DNA of 57,228 nt, the filler included, from Stramenopiles sp. TOSAG23-3 (lineage: Eukaryota), in NCBI GenBank assembly GCA_900128585.1. It is 6 parts of 6 records of this genome, joined end to end, with 100 filler letters (N's around TTAATTAATTAA, not from the genome) between each part and the next. Parts side by side here need not be neighbours in the genome. Positions count along the whole stretch, not along the records: positions 1 to 17,045 come from LT642464.1; positions 17,146 to 34,190 come from LT642465.1; 4 more parts are not named here. One strand, written 5' to 3'. This document shows, piece by piece, positions 9,911-19,782 of this stretch. A model generated the notes under the pieces. That model ran no database searches. It saw nothing but the letters and a program-made list of their open reading frames with translations, and was not told the origin of the DNA. The first letter of the stretch is position 1; every line of letters begins with the position of its first letter. Both the position numbers and the translations under genes were made by a program.

Positions 9911-12900
9911 TTACGCCATGTAAGCTGGCTTCATGAACTTTGGTCGCCTGTTCAGGAGGGCATTGGATCCAAACGAATTGTAGCAAGGGCAGTCAGGGAC
10001 GTATATATCTGTCCCATAGCTCGTTGTTACATCAATTTTATTTGATAGTGCGCAAGAGGGATACAGGTGCCTGCACTCTGCATGTGTCGTTGATGCATCG
10101 GGCTTTCCAAAGCACCCTAGGGTGAAAGGAGGATTCTCCGTAACGACATAGTAATACACACGTTTTCCGTTTGAGTCGGGGGTGACTCCAAGGCGCCCAT
10201 TGCATCCATCTAGATCATTCGGTAGAACCCCGCCGCCAATGAACTTTCCATAGATTCCATGGCCGTCCAGTGCCGTGCCAATGCGGGTAGAATGCCCACT
10301 CTCAGGATCGTTTTTGTACAAACATGTCATGCTTTCATGGTAGTGAAACGGAATCGCATGGCCACCACAATAACCAAACAAGCTAATATCTTCGTCTCTA
10401 CACGAACCCGTATTTTTGATAACGTTTTGGGCTAAATGTGTATCGATTCCACCAGGGACCGTTGCGTTTCCAAGGCAGATAGTCTCCGGCAAAGATGCAT
10501 CAAATCCTGCTTCAAAGCTGCCGAAAATGCTGCTTGCCGCGACTGCGTGCCCGTTCACAACAGCGGTTGGGCGCAACGTCAATGCGTTTTTGTCAACGCA
10601 TGCGACTGCCCCACGCAGCGGAACAGCAACAGGCTTCGGTGTCACTAATTTGTAAAATTCTTCGCCCACATAGCCACCGTCAGCAGGGCATACGACTTTT
10701 GCGACCGCTTTATTTTGATCTGCGCTGTTTGTAAGGTGGCCCTTTGATGAGCTTTCCCCTCCTGCAGCCCCGGCTTTGTTGCCTTGATTTGTACAACTTC
10801 CCGAGAATTCAACAGTGCCGATACTCCCCATTTCGTCATTGAAGCAGTAAAATTCAATCGTTCCAAAATCACTAGAAACGGTTATAGTCACATTGCCATA
10901 ATAAAACTTATACAAATCGCCATTGACAACTTTGTACAGCCCAGCATCGTTGCCATGGTATTGGAAGGCGTCGCCTTTGTCTGCATTTAAAAATGCAATA
11001 GCATGGTAGGCTGAAATACCGGTAAATACTACGGTTCCAGTCCCAATTCGGTAGCGTCGATTCATTAAATATTTGTCACCACCATTAAATATGAACTTTT
11101 TCCCGTTCATATTCTTTACTGTGACTTTCGAGACCGGATTCAGACACTCGTACTTAAGACACCCATCAGAGTACTTTAGCATGTTCTTTCCACCCAAATA
11201 GCCACCGTTTGTGCTGTAGTAAGAAACCGTCTGAAAGTTACCGTGAACAGTTATACTAACATCACCATGAAAGAAGGTGTACTTAACACCATCTACGACC
11301 TGCACGGCCCCCTTGTGCATATCACCAGCATACGAAATCAGGTGCTCTTTGCCACTGTTAAGGATCGCGATGGGGTGCGATTCGGGAATATTCTCCAAAT
11401 AAGTGACACCCAGGCCAGCAGTATAACAGAAACTATCGTTGTAGCTCGTGCGACCATTGAACGTGTACTTGTACAGCACATCTACAAGCAAAGTCTGGAC
11501 TTGGCTGCGCTCAGCCAGACACTCGTACGAATACAATGTAGGCGCAACGTATTTTCGACTGGCATAAAAGCAGCTCCACCCAGTAATTTCAACTGCACCA
11601 TCGTAACCATCCGATACTGTCCCATAATAACCAGAGTAGGAGGTGCTGCAAAACCCGGCGCAGTACTGGTTATTGGCCGTGCTAACCTTAAGGCATACAC
11701 ACAAGGACGCAGTCCCTACGTAATCAGAACAGTACTCCGACGATGCATTGACGCCTGCGTCGATCAACGGTTTTATATCCGCAGGCGCAGCTCGAATAGA
11801 CGCCGCCAAAGCTTCTGGTGAAGGGACGGTATGCGGCGGGGCAACGTACGGCTTGGCACTATCTTTGCCAGACGGCCCTGGGACGTCGGGGGAAGACGAT
11901 GCATTTGTCCCAGTGGTGTTTTGGTCACCGTTGCCACCACTAGTGCGGTTTGAGCAAGAAATTCCGAGGTTCAACGATGTTGTTTTCCCTTGCTTTTGGC
12001 GGAGGCACCCAATGGTGTAGGGAGGGGATGGAGTCATGTAATATGCGTACGAGCCATCCTTCCTTGTGCGACCGTTGCAAGAATCCAGTTCCGAGTCAAC
12101 ATCATACCATGGGTGGTCAGTAGAGGGGAAATGCCCGCCCCAGCCCATTAGCACACCGTCCTCTCCGTAAGGGCCATAGATCGGCAGCCCATCTAGCGCA
12201 TATCCTAGTAGCGGGGAGGGATCCCCCTTAGCAGGCCAAACCCGGACCCACTCGTGCAAATTCTGCGGGTGCTGATTTTCTGCCTTCACCCACGCCTTGT
12301 CATCGGGAACCGTTCCGCCCAACTTTTTCAACAAGCACATGGGGATTGCGTCATAGTATAACCGCCCATGTGCATCCACTTTTTTTGTACAATCGACACT
12401 CACATTTTGAGAGCTGTTGTACCCGTAAATGAAAGTCCCATCTACGGCCATACCAATCGGTCCGCCATTTTGGATAGTAATGGACGTCGTCGAATGTCGC
12501 TCAACAATACTGGGCGCAACGGAAGTCATCTTGTACTGTTGCAAAAATCCCTGAGTACACGCCGTGGATTGAAAATGCGCCTCCGTTCCCGTGAACGAGA
12601 CCGTAACGTCGGCGCTCATGCACAGGTTGTTTGCGGCTAAATCTGGCTTGATACTTGGGGTGCAAATGGTAGCGTTGACTATATTCCCCGATAAACCTAC
12701 TATTTCTATTAGTTCACCATTCAAATCGTCCAGTATATACACTTTGGTGTTTGTGGTCGCCCGTCCGCTTGGGGACGTGATGCCCTGGGCGACAACTCTC
12801 AAGGAAAGACCGACACCAAGGCTGGCCCCGTGGAGAGAGTCTTTGAACCGGAACGTCTTCCCCGCATGGATTTGTCGTGCAGCAAAAACTACGTTCCTTG

Positions 12901-13606
12901 GTCTCTGCGAAGACCCCGTTGCAGTCTGGATAACTTTACCACTCTCGTCTATTATTTGCAGTGGGTGCCAGGAATTTGAAAAGTCTTCTTGGTTAAACTC
13001 CACCACTCCACCCGGGTACGTCTCTATTTCCGTTTTCCTCTGCAAGTCAAACTGGACAGCCCCGCCCGTGTACGTATCATAGTTTTGGTACGAGCGTGGG
13101 GTGTCTTGGTACGTTTCCAAAGCTTGGTATGGCGTGTGCCCAAATACATAGCGCAACCCGCCCGGCGTCGTGGACGTTTGGGGCAGGTTGTTCACCGTTA
13201 CGGTAACAGTTTTCCGGCACAAACTCGACTTCCAACTTGGAAAACAGAGGGCGAAGGATGAAGCACACGGGTACACGCACGCTGCAGGAAGCACCCCGTT
13301 GCACTCACACGGGCAGCCATTCTCTTGCGAAGGCTGCCACCCTGGAGGCGGGCAATCGAGCGCACTCGTAAGCACGAGGTGAGAGAAAAGAAACAAAAAC
13401 ACGATAAAAACGGTCAAGGTCCTGCTACCGCTTTGGGCAGTCCGTCTTCTACACCTTGGGGCCGCAGTCCACTGTCTACGGGGGAAAACGGCACAAAAAC
13501 CCGAGCGAGATAGCCCACCACCAAAAGTACCACCCCCGGACGAAGAAAGAAAAGCTGTTGTCGCCCCCCCGCACCCTTCCTGTACGCCCTCCTCCATCGT
13601 TTCCAT
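9911..13606 (-). CDS. Large, probably secreted protein with two YHYH-like domains and three cupredoxin-like modules
   Basis: N-terminal hydrophobic stretch LTVFIVFLFLFSHLVLTSA. PIGMAVDG...SPLLGYALDGLPIYGPYG...LDSCNGR, and CGGHAIPFHYH...HSTRIGTALDGHGIYG...DLDGCNGR. Internal repeat of about 105 aa. First ATG at 13606. Confidence 0.8.
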   Translation of the reverse strand: METMEEGVQEGCGGATTAFLSSSGGGTFGGGLSRSGFCAVFPRRQWTAAPRCRRRTAQSGSRTLTVFIVFLFLFSHLVLTSALDCPPPGWQPSQENGCPCECNGVLPAACVYPCASSFALCFPSWKSSLCRKTVTVTVNNLPQTSTTPGGLRYVFGHTPYQALETYQDTPRSYQNYDTYTGGAVQFDLQRKTEIETYPGGVVEFNQEDFSNSWHPLQIIDESGKVIQTATGSSQRPRNVVFAARQIHAGKTFRFKDSLHGASLGVGLSLRVVAQGITSPSGRATTNTKVYILDDLNGELIEIVGLSGNIVNATICTPSIKPDLAANNLCMSADVTVSFTGTEAHFQSTACTQGFLQQYKMTSVAPSIVERHSTTSITIQNGGPIGMAVDGTFIYGYNSSQNVSVDCTKKVDAHGRLYYDAIPMCLLKKLGGTVPDDKAWVKAENQHPQNLHEWVRVWPAKGDPSPLLGYALDGLPIYGPYGEDGVLMGWGGHFPSTDHPWYDVDSELDSCNGRTRKDGSYAYYMTPSPPYTIGCLRQKQGKTTSLNLGISCSNRTSGGNGDQNTTGTNASSSPDVPGPSGKDSAKPYVAPPHTVPSPEALAASIRAAPADIKPLIDAGVNASSEYCSDYVGTASLCVCLKVSTANNQYCAGFCSTSYSGYYGTVSDGYDGAVEITGWSCFYASRKYVAPTLYSYECLAERSQVQTLLVDVLYKYTFNGRTSYNDSFCYTAGLGVTYLENIPESHPIAILNSGKEHLISYAGDMHKGAVQVVDGVKYTFFHGDVSITVHGNFQTVSYYSTNGGYLGGKNMLKYSDGCLKYECLNPVSKVTVKNMNGKKFIFNGGDKYLMNRRYRIGTGTVVFTGISAYHAIAFLNADKGDAFQYHGNDAGLYKVVNGDLYKFYYGNVTITVSSDFGTIEFYCFNDEMGSIGTVEFSGSCTNQGNKAGAAGGESSSKGHLTNSADQNKAVAKVVCPADGGYVGEEFYKLVTPKPVAVPLRGAVACVDKNALTLRPTAVVNGHAVAASSIFGSFEAGFDASLPETICLGNATVPGGIDTHLAQNVIKNTGSCRDEDISLFGYCGGHAIPFHYHESMTCLYKNDPESGHSTRIGTALDGHGIYGKFIGGGVLPNDLDGCNGRLGVTPDSNGKRVYYYVVTENPPFTLGCFGKPDASTTHAECRHLYPSCALSNKIDVTTSYGTDIYVPDCPCYNSFGSNALLNRRPKFMKPAYMA

Positions 13607-14256
13607 ACTTTCTCTCTCTATACCTAGCACTCACTACTCCTCACACGTGAGCTGGCTGGCCCAAACAAGTCTCAATCAAACTAAGAAGGTTCGTTCTAAC
13701 TTCTAACGATTGATCTACCACAAAAACTACGAACTTGCCTTATCTACAACGTCTTTAAATAAAATTTGAACCGTGTTCAAATCATCAATTAAATTCATTT
13801 CATATTTTCTACGCTAACAAGCACCTGTGTGTATTATGATTTAAATACATACATACATTTTTAAACACCACCTCGTGCGTACGTACGTACCCCCCCGTCT
13901 CCGGCGGTCGGGTCATCGCCCTCCGCCCCGGCCATCGTCTTCCTTTTTCCCATTCTAATCCTATATTAATATTTTTAGAAGCATCAACGGTTGTTTGTTT
14001 GAATCCAATGTATACTATATATAGAATATTGTGGTACTGACATTAAAATAATGGATATACATAAAATGTATACTAAATTAATATTAAATAGGTATTAATT
14101 TGGAATATTAAATGGTTTTTACATTCCTTCTTGTGATTGGTCACTATGTTTAACATAGGCATAGCATTATAATTTTATTTTTTATTTCTTCTAGATTTCT
14201 GTAGAGTCTTTAAGAGCGATGATGATTATTTTTCATCACTTCCTATTGTTATTTGC

Positions 14257-16755
14257 TTAATTTCGCCCTGGAGTTTTCAGGCTTGGTGGGGTACCGCTGT
14301 AGACGCTTGTGAAACCTGTGATATCACCGATTTGTTTACTGATCAGTTTCGGTTGAAATGTGCACTCTGCCATTTCCTCGTCAATCTGCCTTTGCCTCTC
14401 AGCTTCCATGTTTAGCTTATATCGTTTTCTTTCCTTGTTCAAGACCTCGAAGATGGGCTCCGTGGTGCTGCTGCGGTGGGAGGCCAAGACTTTTGATACC
14501 TTGTTGATGTTGGGATGAAAGGTTTCTTCTTTCTTTATTTGGTCTACCGTCTCCTCCAGCACGACAGCTTTCGTACGCCTTCGGGCCAAAATAGAGTGGA
14601 TTGGGCCGTTGCTTCTATCCTCCAAAATAGTATCCATGAGCGTAAAAAATTCTTTCCGGTTCAGTTTCGTCCCGTCGAACTGCTGTAAGATAGGCCCTAC
14701 AATCTCACGCGTCGATTCCTCCAGAACGGCCACATCGACAAGGCTCGAATCGAGTAATTCGTCTTTTCCAACGGGAGCGGCAACACCCGAACCTGCTTTC
14801 GTAGAGTTCACCAGTTTATTGAACATGTCCAAAAACCGTTTCTGCTTCATGCTGTCGATGAGCTTGGTGGACTTCTTCGAAATATACTGCTGGTTCTGCA
14901 TCGATTCCATCTTCAATTTCTTCTCTTGCGCCATCAGTCGTATCTTGTCGTCGTACTCGTGGCGAGAGGCAAACAAAAATTCGTGCACTGGTAACCCCTG
15001 CGAGTTTCTATCGTAGTTTGGCGCGCGGCCGGTTTTGGGGCGGAAAAAGGGCTGGCCCGTTTTTTCGTCGTACGTTGCGCTTCGTTTTAATTCCTCCAAG
15101 CCCTTTGCTCGGTGCTGCCCAGATTTGTGCAGGCGTTGGAAAAAACTCTCCGTGCCGTTTCCAGACGATTCACCGCCCTTGCCGTCCCTCTTATTTTCCC
15201 GAATTTTGTTGACCCCAATGTCCGGCTTAAATGTGTACCGGCTGACTTCCTGCGCGACGTATTTGTCTTGTCTGACACGGCGGTCTTTCGCATCCATATA
15301 AAGCTCGTGGCACTTCGACTCGGCAATGGCTTGGCTGGGGTACCCATAGTAGTATTCCCCGTGCTTTTGTGCCACTATTTCGGCGCTTCGCTTGCTTATT
15401 TTCGGTTTGAACGTGCATTCCTTCATTTCCTTGTCTTCCTGCTGTTGCGCCAGGGCAAACACCTTCCGGGACATTGCTTTTGGGTTGTACAGGGCTTCGA
15501 ACACTTCCTTCTCCCCGACGCGCTTTTTTCGTTGCCCATTTGCAGCCTGCGCAGGAGAACCGCCGTATTCAAACCCCTTGGTCGTGCGCACCATGCGATG
15601 CGCCATTTTGCTCACTGTCGGTTTAAACGCTGCCGGGCGCGCCGTCCCGCAGCATTGCCACGTCGTTTTCTGAACGACCTTTCGATTTCTATCCACGGGG
15701 CCACCGCTTCGGCCGCCAAATTTACTAAAGTCCTGGCGGTCCAAACAAGACCCGTTTTCAAGCCACACACCGTCTTCTTTCTTGTTCACTGGCACACGTT
15801 TTTTGCCATTCTTTACGTGGTTGACGCAAAAGTCGTTTGCCCCGGAATTAATGTGGCAGCACGCCGGGCACGTCCAAGTGTCCCGCTCGTGCTGCAGTTG
15901 TTTCTTTCTCACCCTGGCCTTGTTCAGCTTTGCTTTCGTCTCGTGCAAACCTTCGGAATAGAGTCTGTTGTGAACGGATTTCTCTTCCGACGAGGACAAC
16001 GGTGCAGAGTGGTGGTCTCCGCGGCGCTGTCCGCTCACAAGCCCGTTTGCATCAAACCCCATGTCGCTGAAATATTTTTTCATTTCCTTTTCGCCATTTT
16101 CCCAGCCTGCCGAGTTTGGCTCTAAATCTGGTTTGAACGAGAACTTTTCGTGTTCCCGCGTTCGCCTCTGCCGCGCCCCCTCGTGCTTTCTGTCCAAGCG
16201 GTCGCGTTTTTCAGTGGCATCGCTAAACAAGCGCATGTAAACATCGTCCCCACCACCTTTATTTTTCCTCGTTTGCTTTTTGACCGGTTTCTTCTTCTTC
16301 TTCTTACTATCGCGCTGGGAAGTGCTCGATTTCTTCCTTCGTTGCGCCGCGGCAGCGGTGTGGGTCGGGGGGCCAGCGCTTCGGCGCCGGGTGTCGGATT
16401 GGCCCGTCGATTTTCTAGGTAAAGTTTTTTCTTTGTCGGTGGTTGTTTTTCTGCTGCCTGTAGTCTTTTGTACCTCTAATTTTTGTACGCTATTTTCTAT
16501 ATGGGCTTGCAATGCGTTTGTGACCGCGGTTGGGAGTTCGTACCGTTTCACAAACGCCGCCGCGAGGTCTTCCGACTTGTCCCCTTCGTAGAACGGTATA
16601 TCCCCCGATCGACCATCCCCAATCTCAACCGTAATAATCAATTTCGGCTTCTTCCTTTTTCTGGCCGGCAGCACTTTATCTATATCTCGCGATTTGCCCA
16701 AAGCCGTTTCGGCGTTCTCTACTGCCTGCTCAGTGGAGTGCAAAAAACTTGCCAT
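14257..16755 (-). CDS. Basic protein with seven 'VxxRLY...(ECT)FKP' repeats, probably cytoskeletal/microtubule-associated
   Basis: 832-aa ORF with repeats FSFKPDL, AFKPTVS, ECTFKPKIS, YTFKPDIG, FFRPKTG, ETFHPNIN and ECTFQPKL. Small N-terminal alpha/beta domain and a RanBP2-like Cys motif. Confidence 0.75.
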   Translation of the reverse strand: MASFLHSTEQAVENAETALGKSRDIDKVLPARKRKKPKLIITVEIGDGRSGDIPFYEGDKSEDLAAAFVKRYELPTAVTNALQAHIENSVQKLEVQKTTGSRKTTTDKEKTLPRKSTGQSDTRRRSAGPPTHTAAAAQRRKKSSTSQRDSKKKKKKPVKKQTRKNKGGGDDVYMRLFSDATEKRDRLDRKHEGARQRRTREHEKFSFKPDLEPNSAGWENGEKEMKKYFSDMGFDANGLVSGQRRGDHHSAPLSSSEEKSVHNRLYSEGLHETKAKLNKARVRKKQLQHERDTWTCPACCHINSGANDFCVNHVKNGKKRVPVNKKEDGVWLENGSCLDRQDFSKFGGRSGGPVDRNRKVVQKTTWQCCGTARPAAFKPTVSKMAHRMVRTTKGFEYGGSPAQAANGQRKKRVGEKEVFEALYNPKAMSRKVFALAQQQEDKEMKECTFKPKISKRSAEIVAQKHGEYYYGYPSQAIAESKCHELYMDAKDRRVRQDKYVAQEVSRYTFKPDIGVNKIRENKRDGKGGESSGNGTESFFQRLHKSGQHRAKGLEELKRSATYDEKTGQPFFRPKTGRAPNYDRNSQGLPVHEFLFASRHEYDDKIRLMAQEKKLKMESMQNQQYISKKSTKLIDSMKQKRFLDMFNKLVNSTKAGSGVAAPVGKDELLDSSLVDVAVLEESTREIVGPILQQFDGTKLNRKEFFTLMDTILEDRSNGPIHSILARRRTKAVVLEETVDQIKKEETFHPNINKVSKVLASHRSSTTEPIFEVLNKERKRYKLNMEAERQRQIDEEMAECTFQPKLISKQIGDITGFTSVYSGTPPSLKTPGRN

Positions 16756-17045
16756 GGTGTTCGCAGTGGTCTCTCTCTATTACTATTCTGGTCTATCTCT
16801 ATTGCTAACTTTAATGAAAGGGAAAAAAATTATATATAATATAAAGTTGCATAAAAGTATATTCGTTTAAAAAAACAGAGGAACGGAATAACAATCAATG
16901 TGTACAATAACAGACATGCATATATATATATATTTTTTTTCAACCAACGACCGTTCTCTCTATTTTGTTTGTTAAAAACTACTTTTCTATAGAAAGAAAG
17001 AAGAAAACAAGAAAGTTGATTATTTATGGGGGGGGGGGGGGGGGG

Positions 17046-17145
17046 NNNNNNNNNNNNNNNNNNNNNNNNNNNNNNNNNNNNNNNNNNNNTTAATTAATTA
17101 ANNNNNNNNNNNNNNNNNNNNNNNNNNNNNNNNNNNNNNNNNNNN
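17046..17145. other. Artificial contig linker (44 N + TTAATTAATTAA + 44 N)
   Basis: Identical 100-bp spacer with stops in all six frames, seen five times in the window. Confidence 0.99.
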
Positions 17146-17147
17146 TA

Positions 17148-17858
17148 CTGAATTTGTGGAATCCACTGTACGCAGAGCGCCTTTACATTTTACGTTTACC
17201 GATGGGCGACGAACATAAAGTTGCAAGTCTGCTGTTGGAACTACAAACAGAGGAGGCTGGCCATGCGACGTTGATGGACGACCATGTATATGAAACTTCG
17301 ACAAAATTTATGTTTGGAACGCCAAAAACGTTGAAACAATCGGGGACCTTTGGGTGCCGCTACGGGACATGCAACGCAGGTTCGTTTCGTCGTGTGTGTG
17401 GGGAGCTTCAGGGCCATGAAAAACGGAGGGAGATAATCCGGGACACCTGCACGTATAGCGGACGCGTGAAGCTGCGACAAAGCAACTACCACAAAGGTCT
17501 GAAAGCGGTTATATTGTTGCAAGCCACCACCCGCGGTATATTGACCCGAAAGATTTTCAGAAAGGCCCTTCAACTCATTCAAAACATGGACGATAGCGTA
17601 GCCGACAAGGCGCAGCGGCAGGCAACGAACCTGATCCAAGCGGTTGTTCGTGGCTTTCTTGTCCGAAAAATGTTGAAGCGTGGAGGGAGTGTTCGCGAAT
17701 TGCGCGCATATTTACGTGTGCTTACAAGTAGCGCGGAACAGTACAAAATCTTGGCGCGGCAAAGCTTTGTGGTCTCGACAGGGATGTCCCCAAAGGCTGC
17801 AAAGCGCAGGCTTGTTAAAGGATTGTTGCAGGATTATTTAGGGGTGAAATTTGGCTGA
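17148..17858 (+). CDS. IQ-motif (calmodulin-binding) protein, probably 5' truncated
   Basis: Two IQ motifs, LLQATTRGILTRK and LIQAVVRGFLVRK. Frame is open from the contig start. Confidence 0.75.
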   Translation: MNLWNPLYAERLYILRLPMGDEHKVASLLLELQTEEAGHATLMDDHVYETSTKFMFGTPKTLKQSGTFGCRYGTCNAGSFRRVCGELQGHEKRREIIRDTCTYSGRVKLRQSNYHKGLKAVILLQATTRGILTRKIFRKALQLIQNMDDSVADKAQRQATNLIQAVVRGFLVRKMLKRGGSVRELRAYLRVLTSSAEQYKILARQSFVVSTGMSPKAAKRRLVKGLLQDYLGVKFG

Positions 17859-18325
17859 GGAAAAACAATTATTGAAAGACGACAAAAAGCCACGAACGCG
17901 CGCGGGGGGGGGGGGGGTTTGTGCTCTGCCAGTTGCTAGGGAGAGATCACTGGGCACTGGGCCACATAAACTCATAACACAAATTAGACTATTGTAATTA
18001 CATCACTAAAAAACCAAACAATTATTTAAACTATAAAAAAAAAAACTTATTTGATTCGACACTCTCATTTTTTTATTAAAAAATTGATTTTAAACCTTGC
18101 CAATTTTTCTTGTTTAATATTATAATAATTGTTTGGTTTTTTTAGAGTAGTGAAGAAATATTCTTCCTCCGATTTTCTATTATTTTTTCCTTGCTACACT
18201 GTGTGATTTATCTCTCGGTGCACCAATTGAAGAAATTACAACGTGTGTGGCTTATAGCGAACTGCACGTTTCAAGAGATCTACGCTTGGGCTCCAAACAA
18301 ATGGCCTCCGCCCTATTGCTTTTCC

Positions 18326-19345
18326 CTACGCAAAACATTCCCCGCTGTACGATATTACGTTTTTCCCCAGCCCCGCAACGTACAATGTATTGTTGCCCTC
18401 CCCACATGCAAAAAAGTTAATCGGCTCCGAGTGCAAAAATCGTACAAACGGCAACTCTCCGGCACCGCCCTTGCCATTCCACACACATATGTACTTGTCG
18501 TTGCCCCCGGAAACAATTTTCGACGACTTTGTGTACGCGACCTGGGCAACTGCAGACGCGTGACCACCCGATAAGCGAGTGTGACAAACCCCAGTGTTCG
18601 CGTTGTAAACCCCAATGGTCCCGTCTCCGCAGCCAACCAGAATTCTTGTCCCATCGGGCGAATACGAAATGGAATGGACCAGGGGCGGGTTGACGAGCTG
18701 CCCCGACCCTCCGGACGTACCGGAGGCGTCCTCGGCACTGCATGGAGTCACTTGGACTCGGAGCAATCGTTTCCGGGTTTTTCCTGACCATGTTTTGAAT
18801 GTCGCGTCCAACGCCCCGGTGACGAACCTAAAATCTTTGGACATGGGATGTCTCGCCATGCAGCATGCGATATTCTCATGCTTTCCAATGCAGGTGGAAC
18901 GGTTCTTGTCCACCACAAGTTTCAAAGTAGTCGTGTTAAACATTCGAATTTCCCCCATGTCGTCCGCCACCGCGAGTGAAAATCCTTTCTCCTCGTCCAC
19001 ACATATCGCATTTATCTCATCGTTTGCCGCATTCTTGTTCAGTTTCAGTGGTTTCGTAACCAGAATGCCGTCGACGTTCAGGTCGAACGACGCTATTGCA
19101 ACACCAGAGGCCGCAAAAATGATCCCGTCCTTTTTCGGATGAAAGGCTACGCTGTTCACTTCGCCCCTCCAGACAATCGCTTTCTCTGTGCGGCCAGTCT
19201 CAACATTCCAAAGCCGTATTTGCCCACCCGAGCTCCCAGAGAGCATATATCCATTACGAAGGCACAAACATAGCACTGTGGTTTTATGGCCAGAAAGACG
19301 TGATGCCTGAAGTTTCGTCCTTGGGGCGGCTACAAGTGACGCCAT
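18326..19345 (-). CDS. WDR53: WD40-repeat protein, WDR53-like
   Basis: WD40 repeats (GH...LW). DEINAI...LAVADDMGEI, HENIACC and GQLVNPPLVHSIS...GCGDG match WDR53 hallmarks. First ATG at 19345. Confidence 0.75.
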   Translation of the reverse strand: MASLVAAPRTKLQASRLSGHKTTVLCLCLRNGYMLSGSSGGQIRLWNVETGRTEKAIVWRGEVNSVAFHPKKDGIIFAASGVAIASFDLNVDGILVTKPLKLNKNAANDEINAICVDEEKGFSLAVADDMGEIRMFNTTTLKLVVDKNRSTCIGKHENIACCMARHPMSKDFRFVTGALDATFKTWSGKTRKRLLRVQVTPCSAEDASGTSGGSGQLVNPPLVHSISYSPDGTRILVGCGDGTIGVYNANTGVCHTRLSGGHASAVAQVAYTKSSKIVSGGNDKYICVWNGKGGAGELPFVRFLHSEPINFFACGEGNNTLYVAGLGKNVISYSGECFA

Positions 19346-19607
19346 TGCCAACCGTGGCTTGGGCACAAGCAGAAAGAAGGTCTAACTTACACAGAAATAC
19401 AAGGAGTACAAGTGTGCATATATTCTTCGACAATAAACATCTTGCGACGGTAATCATATAAATGCAAAAGTTCCGTCGGATTTTGTTTCTTTTAATCGTT
19501 TCACTTAATGGTTGAACGTTAATTCTTTACATTATTTTATTGTTGTTGAGTTTTGTTCAGTCAACGAGTCTTCTTCGTCTTCAACTCTCTCTCCCCATCC
19601 AGTTCTG

Positions 19608-19782
19608 GTCTCTCTTCTCTTCTCTTCTTTTTTGTTCTTCTTCTTTTTGTTCTTCTTCTTTCTTCTTTCTTCTTTTTCTTCCTTCTTCTTCTTCTTCTTC
19701 TTCTTCTTCTTCTTTCTTCTTTCTTCTTCTTCCTTCTTCTTCTTCTTTCTCTTCTTCTTCTTTTTTCTTCTTCTTCTTCTTT
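19608..19782. repeat. Imperfect (CTT)n polypyrimidine microsatellite
   Basis: About 175 bp of almost pure C/T. Confidence 0.95.

Noticed and set aside
15112..16125. 337-aa antisense ORF, representative of many shadow ORFs
   Set aside because: Lies opposite a well-supported GC-rich gene and has no recognisable motifs.
17027..17045. Poly-G run as a G-quadruplex element
   Set aside because: Homopolymer at a contig end; likely an assembly break or sequencing artefact.
17090..17101. TTAATTAATTAA as a biological repeat or regulatory site
   Set aside because: Always centred in N runs; an artificial six-frame stop linker.
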